Origin: Promethearchaeota archaeon
GTDB lineage: Archaea > Asgardarchaeota > Lokiarchaeia > Sigyniarchaeales > SOKP01
Reading direction: 5' to 3'
DNA: 64,000 nt
Assembly (NCBI GenBank): GCA_019057795.1
Contig: JAHLWS010000078.1
Span: 1 to 64,000, forward strand
Positions 59,165 to 64,000 of the stretch are shown piece after piece. Under the pieces are notes generated by a model, which saw only the letters and a program-made list of their open reading frames with translations, was not told the DNA's origin and made no database searches. The translations under genes were made by a program, and so were the position numbers. The stretch's first letter is position 1, and every line of letters begins with the position of its first letter.

Positions 59165-60064
59165 ATGGTGATCATTAAAATGCTTGACAAAATGGAACCA
59201 AAGGAAAAAAGGATATTACAAGGAGTCGTCTTAAGTTTAATCGGAACAATTATTATAGCATATAATTTATTCCCATTATTTTACATGATGGGTCTTCCAT
59301 TTACCCTTGGAACGGTGCGCATGATAAATTATTGGATCCTTGGAATAGCCTTCATTCTTACCGGTGTCTTCACTTTAAAACCACGGAGAACGAGGAAGGG
59401 AATTATTGTGCTAGGTTCAATTTCAACCATTATAGGGGGGATACTAATTCTTTCTACCATGCAAATAATAGTTGAACTCGTTGTAAGATTTGGGGGAACT
59501 TCAATCATCTATATATTTTGGAACGATATTCCAATCTTGGCTACTTTTATGATATCAGGAACGGTTTTACTCTTACACGGACTAATCCTAATCATCACAA
59601 AACAAAAAAATATGAAGCTCATTTGGGGAGTAATTTTTGCTTCGATTGGAATAACAGTAATCGTTTGGGTGTCCCGTCCATTATACATGTCAATCATATC
59701 TTCAACATTAAACCCATTTTTTTATACGGCAATTAACTTAAACCTTATAATTATTGGTGTCTCATCACTACTTATTGGTTTTTTTTATTTTAATCCTCCT
59801 GAAAAAAAGCGCATCAAATTGCTCGTTGGGATGATTTCAATAATTTTCGGTTGCGTAATCGTTATTTTCTCGCTTTTTGGCATTTTAAGTTTTAACATGT
59901 ACTTGGAAAGATTGGAATCAGAAGGAACATTTGCAAGCGTGATGGACTTGAACTCAATTTTTGTGGTATTTATTTTGGTGGGGGTTGGATTAATAATTCA
60001 CGGTGTATTTATGATAAAAAAGAGAGATATTAAAAAGGATCGCTATCATCCCACAGACGAGTAG
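59165..60064 (+). CDS. 8-TM membrane protein built from four hairpin repeats
   Basis: Repeated K..L.G.I...IG..I helix starts. Confidence 0.8.
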   Translation: MVIIKMLDKMEPKEKRILQGVVLSLIGTIIIAYNLFPLFYMMGLPFTLGTVRMINYWILGIAFILTGVFTLKPRRTRKGIIVLGSISTIIGGILILSTMQIIVELVVRFGGTSIIYIFWNDIPILATFMISGTVLLLHGLILIITKQKNMKLIWGVIFASIGITVIVWVSRPLYMSIISSTLNPFFYTAINLNLIIIGVSSLLIGFFYFNPPEKKRIKLLVGMISIIFGCVIVIFSLFGILSFNMYLERLESEGTFASVMDLNSIFVVFILVGVGLIIHGVFMIKKRDIKKDRYHPTDE

Positions 60065-60154
60065 AATCAATCAAATAATTTGGTGAATCTTTAGAGACTG
60101 AAATACTTTAAAAAGATAAAACATTAAACTTTTTTTTTCTGCCTATTTATCTCA

Positions 60155-60187
60155 CTCCCCCGTGGTGCCTCCTCCTAAAAAAGCAGT
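60155..60187. repeat. Dispersed GC-rich repeat, copy B
   Basis: CTCCCCCGTGGTGCCTCCTCCTAAAAAAGCAG. Confidence 0.75.
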
Positions 60188-60788
60188 CAAAATGATAAAA
60201 GCATCAATTTTAATAAGTTTTAGAGTTAAACTCTCTCTTTTATTCAAAGCAATTATTTTAGTCTCCTTCTGCCCATTTGGAAGATGGGTAAGGAGACTTT
60301 TTGTTAAAAAAACTTTTTCAACATTAATATATATGTATTTCAAATTATTTAAAGATATTGTTAATTATCGTTATTTACATCATTGATATTGGAATTCTGG
60401 ATTATATTCTTTAAGAAAATCAACTATCTACTGATTAAATTGAGCTGGATTTTAACGGTGTAAAAATTAATAGCTTAACAATCTATATAAAACAATAAAT
60501 TTCTATTGAGAACTAATGGATAAATCCATTCAAAAACTAAATTATAATCTAATTCATGCAAATTTAATACATAATCCTTAAATTAGATAAAATTGACCAC
60601 ACGATTAGGCGAAGTTCTAATAAAATTGGATAAAATTACAAATATCTATAAGTGATTATTTATCATTCCATCTAAATTTAAAATCTGAAGTAGAATTCTA
60701 ATATTTGTTGCTTAATTAGATAACCTAATATAAGTTCAGAAAATTTATAATATACATTATTTTTATTATCCCTTATTTTCTATTATCC

Positions 60789-60827
60789 CTCCCCCGTGAT
60801 GCCCCCTCCTGAAAAAGCAGGTGCAAA
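60789..60827. repeat. Dispersed GC-rich repeat, copy C
   Basis: CTCCCCCGTGATGCCCCCTCCTGAAAAAGCAGGTGC. Confidence 0.75.
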
Positions 60828-61004
60828 CAATACATTTAAGATATTATAAATATCTCTAAAGAATAAAATTTATTTAGAATAAATAGATTTAATTCAAAAA
60901 GATAATCTTGAAAGTTTTCTTAAGAATACTAATTTAATAATAACTATTAAAAATGTAATTTTACCATATACTTTAAAAGATAAAAAATTAAATGTGCATA
61001 TTTT

Positions 61005-61856
61005 TTGACTGATTTTAAATTACCAAAAGACTTGACGGATAAATGTACTCAAATGTTAAAAGCATATTATAATTTATATATTCTTGAGAATACTTTACGT
61101 CTATTTATTGAAAATACTGCAAAGTCTAAGTATGGAGATGACTATTGGGGAAAATTAACTATTAAAACCAAAATTGAAAGAACTATTAAAACCAGAAAGG
61201 ATAACGAGAAAAAAAATAAATGGCTTAATTTTAGAGGAGAATCAAACATATTTTATTTAGACTTTATTGATCTTAGAAGTGTTTTAATAAGTAATTGGAA
61301 TATTTTTAATGATTATTTTCCAAATCAAGAATGGATAACAAATCGTATTTCAGAACTCTATGATATTAGAAACCGAATAGCACACAATTCATTTATATAT
61401 TTAAGCGAGATTGAACAACAGACAATCGAAACTTATGCTAAATCAATCTATCAACAATTAAAAATATATAAAAATAATCTTAATTTACCAAATAATCTCA
61501 TCGTAAAAGCAGTTAAACCGAAATTTCAGGAAACATCTTTATTTAATAGATTTCAAAGACTCTTCTTTGAAAGAGATTTTAAAGAAATTTTAACCAAATG
61601 GGATATTTTTGAAGAATTATTTGATACAAATGCTTTTTATAAAATTAACAAAATTGCTAATATTTCTGGAAGTGAAACATTTATAATTCAATATAAATTT
61701 AAAGATGCTACAATGTATCTATCTCATGGTGGAGGTAAATTTGGATGTAACATAAGTATTTCCGCTAATAAATGTATTTCTGATGATAATGAAAAATTTA
61801 ATAACATTGCAAAAGAATTCTTTAAAATAATAGCAGATGGAGTTAACGATATTTAG
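61005..61856 (+). CDS. Swt1-like HEPN domain protein
   Basis: LENTLRLFI, YLDFIDL..I..NW..F, RNRIAH (Rx4H). Confidence 0.85.
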   Translation: MTDFKLPKDLTDKCTQMLKAYYNLYILENTLRLFIENTAKSKYGDDYWGKLTIKTKIERTIKTRKDNEKKNKWLNFRGESNIFYLDFIDLRSVLISNWNIFNDYFPNQEWITNRISELYDIRNRIAHNSFIYLSEIEQQTIETYAKSIYQQLKIYKNNLNLPNNLIVKAVKPKFQETSLFNRFQRLFFERDFKEILTKWDIFEELFDTNAFYKINKIANISGSETFIIQYKFKDATMYLSHGGGKFGCNISISANKCISDDNEKFNNIAKEFFKIIADGVNDI

Positions 61857-62077
61857 AATGAGTTTTAAAAATTTAAAAAAGCAGGAGTTTGAAGATTTCA
61901 AAATGGGAGATTCTTGAAGCTCTATAATGATTGAAGTGTTCAGAGTTTTAGTTAATACTAAAATTAGGGTGTATTTATAAAACTGAGATTAATTGGTATG
62001 TTGAAAAATTATTAAAAAATGATCTCATTGAAATAAATAAAGATATACTCTCAATTAAAAATAAATAATGGCTTTTT

Positions 62078-63475
62078 ATGAAGAAACATATCTATATTTT
62101 TAGAATTAACTATTTAGAAGTTAGATCACCTATTAAATTATCTGAAACTATCTCTATTCTTCCTGGAAATTATGAGTTATCTCAAGATGAAGATTTAAAT
62201 TTTGACATTTCGTTTCAAATTAATAAATATTCCTATATATTTATCGAAAGAGATATTAGCTTAAAAATCAGTGATCTTAAAAAAGAGCTGAATCTTATTT
62301 TTGCTCTAATTTCCTTTTTATTATCAAATTGGATAGATATTTATCCTCAAGAAAGTTATCATATAAATTATGATACCAACAAAAGAATTATGTTAGAAAA
62401 AGGAATAATAGTTCCATTTAAAAGCTTTAAATTTAATAGACAATATTCCAGAATTTACTCAATTAAGGACAGATTTAGAAAGATTATAAATGAGATGTAT
62501 AGGATTTTTATAGAGGACCCTATTTCTGATTCGATATATTTCATTATTGGGCAGTTCCTAATCTCTAAGAGGGAAGATATTCTCTTAACAAAAGTTATTT
62601 ATGCTTGGAATGTTCTCGAGCATTTTGCTTCTAGTTATTGGGAAAATACCAATAAGACACAACTCTACATAATAAATGAAGAGAAATTTGACCAGTTAAT
62701 GAAATCTTTAAACGACACCCTCGAAGAATATATCAAAAATAAAATTAAACAAAATGATATTTATCTCTCTCAATTAGAGGTTGATTTTTATAGACAAGAT
62801 TATATAAAGCTCTTAAAAGATAAATTAAGGAATGGAGTAGATAATTTTTCTCCTATAAAATATAAGATAATTCGGATGTTTGAAATTGAAGGATTAAATA
62901 TGACAAAGCAGGAATATGAATTGATAAATAAGATGTATAAAATGAGAAATTTTATTTATCATAAAGGTGTTAAAAAAGAGGAAATTGAAAAAGAAATAAA
63001 AAAAGATCCCGCAGATTTAGCTAAAGAATTTTTAAACTTTTTAGAAATCAAAATTTGGCAATATTTTAAGTTTATTAATAAATATGCTACGCTAAATAAT
63101 GAATTGATCTCTTTTAAAGAGTGTCAGATTTCTAAAACGAGTTTAGTGGTTGAAGATTATACTGAAAAAAGGGAAATTTTAAAAAAACTGGAATTTGTGA
63201 GAGAGAAAATAGAGAAATATTCAAATAAACCAATAGAAGCTCGAATTATGGAAGTAAAAAAGGAGTTTAATACATATATAAATTTTAATTATAAAAGAGA
63301 TAGTTATGAAGATGGTTTAGTTATAGATAATTTACCTCAAGATATACATTCATATGGAAACATAATTAAATTAAAAGCCAAATTAGATGATTTAAATGTG
63401 ACTTTTAATTTTAATGGGATTTTTAAATGTGGTATATTTTCAGAAATCCTTATTGAAAAATTTATTATAGAATAA
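62078..63475 (+). CDS. ApeA/MAE_28990-like HEPN protein (putative defence RNase)
   Basis: LISFLLS, AWNVLE, MRNFIYHKG (Rx4H). Confidence 0.65.
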   Translation: MKKHIYIFRINYLEVRSPIKLSETISILPGNYELSQDEDLNFDISFQINKYSYIFIERDISLKISDLKKELNLIFALISFLLSNWIDIYPQESYHINYDTNKRIMLEKGIIVPFKSFKFNRQYSRIYSIKDRFRKIINEMYRIFIEDPISDSIYFIIGQFLISKREDILLTKVIYAWNVLEHFASSYWENTNKTQLYIINEEKFDQLMKSLNDTLEEYIKNKIKQNDIYLSQLEVDFYRQDYIKLLKDKLRNGVDNFSPIKYKIIRMFEIEGLNMTKQEYELINKMYKMRNFIYHKGVKKEEIEKEIKKDPADLAKEFLNFLEIKIWQYFKFINKYATLNNELISFKECQISKTSLVVEDYTEKREILKKLEFVREKIEKYSNKPIEARIMEVKKEFNTYINFNYKRDSYEDGLVIDNLPQDIHSYGNIIKLKAKLDDLNVTFNFNGIFKCGIFSEILIEKFIIE

Positions 63476-64000
63476 GACTTCTTTCTTTTCTCGCTCCTTT
63501 AGAATCGCCTCCCTCTCCTAGATATGCTGCGGGTAGTGCTGTGATCCCAATTATTCTATTCTAATAGATTTTATTGCTTCTTTATTTTTTATTTTATGAG
63601 CTCCACTCCAAGTTTCATCGAATCCATAATAACACATCATAGGCTCTCCATTATATTCTACTTACAATTTATTTTTTAAATGTGGTGGAATTTTTAATTA
63701 AACATATTCTCAAATGTATTTGTCTTTTTCTAAATAATAAAAGATAAATTCTTTTTCCTTCACCGGACTCTTATCTTCGAAAATTTTTGCCATACTATCA
63801 TCATAATGTGAAACTTTATCCATTCTTTGTTGCACTTTTTTCCTTGTGTTCTTGCCGCTTGAAAAATTACATCCCTGAAGGCAATAAAGATGGTTATTTA
63901 CAAATATCTATTCTCGTTTTATCGCATTTTCTACCTTTTTATATAAAAGATTAATAAAATTAAGATAAATTTTCGCAGTTTCTGAGTCAATTTCAACATT

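Noticed and set aside
58850-60386. Small ORFs 58850-59038, 60152-60343 and 60162-60386
   Set aside because: Overlap the dispersed repeat, no recognisable motifs; not called as genes
592-61901. Many short antisense ORFs in the track (e.g. 8407-8613, 11311-11634, 26525-27043, 48065-48463)
   Set aside because: Shadows of well-supported genes on the opposite strand
63560-64000. Possible degraded minus-strand gene at the right edge
   Set aside because: Frames are broken by stops or shifts and no family is recognisable

Overview
AT-rich archaeal chromosome segment, most likely from an Asgard archaeon (Lokiarchaeia-like). The basis is eS26, roadblock proteins, LRR proteins, a GET3/ArsA ATPase, Gar1-TFB and archaeosine genes. 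It has three zones. (1) About 0.3-16.5 kb is a compact integrated tailed (HK97-fold) provirus. Its minus-strand morphogenesis operon encodes terminase, portal, scaffold, decoration protein, MCP, neck, tail tube, a very short tape measure and a 1353-aa hub/fibre. A divergent early block encodes an RHH protein, Zn fingers and a DNA MTase, followed by a tyrosine integrase. No replication gene, TerS or prohead protease was recognised. Between the two operons lies a non-coding region with long interleaved helices, G-U pairs that form only on the + strand, and repeated AATAATGA linkers: a candidate large structured viral RNA. (2) About 16.8-51.1 kb is core genome: translation and ribosome-biogenesis superoperon, Ni/Co ECF transporter, archaeosine genes, TFB, DnaG, AhcY and tRNA-Gly. 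It also holds an unannotated ~300-nt structured RNA closed by box C/D, and at least four conserved genes that appear to start at ATT/ATA. (3) About 51.1-64 kb is an accessory region after tRNA-Gly with DNA repair, LRR, GNAT, creatininase and two HEPN genes, pseudogenes, and a dispersed ~40-bp GC-rich repeat. All calls come from reading motifs by eye; no database searches were run.
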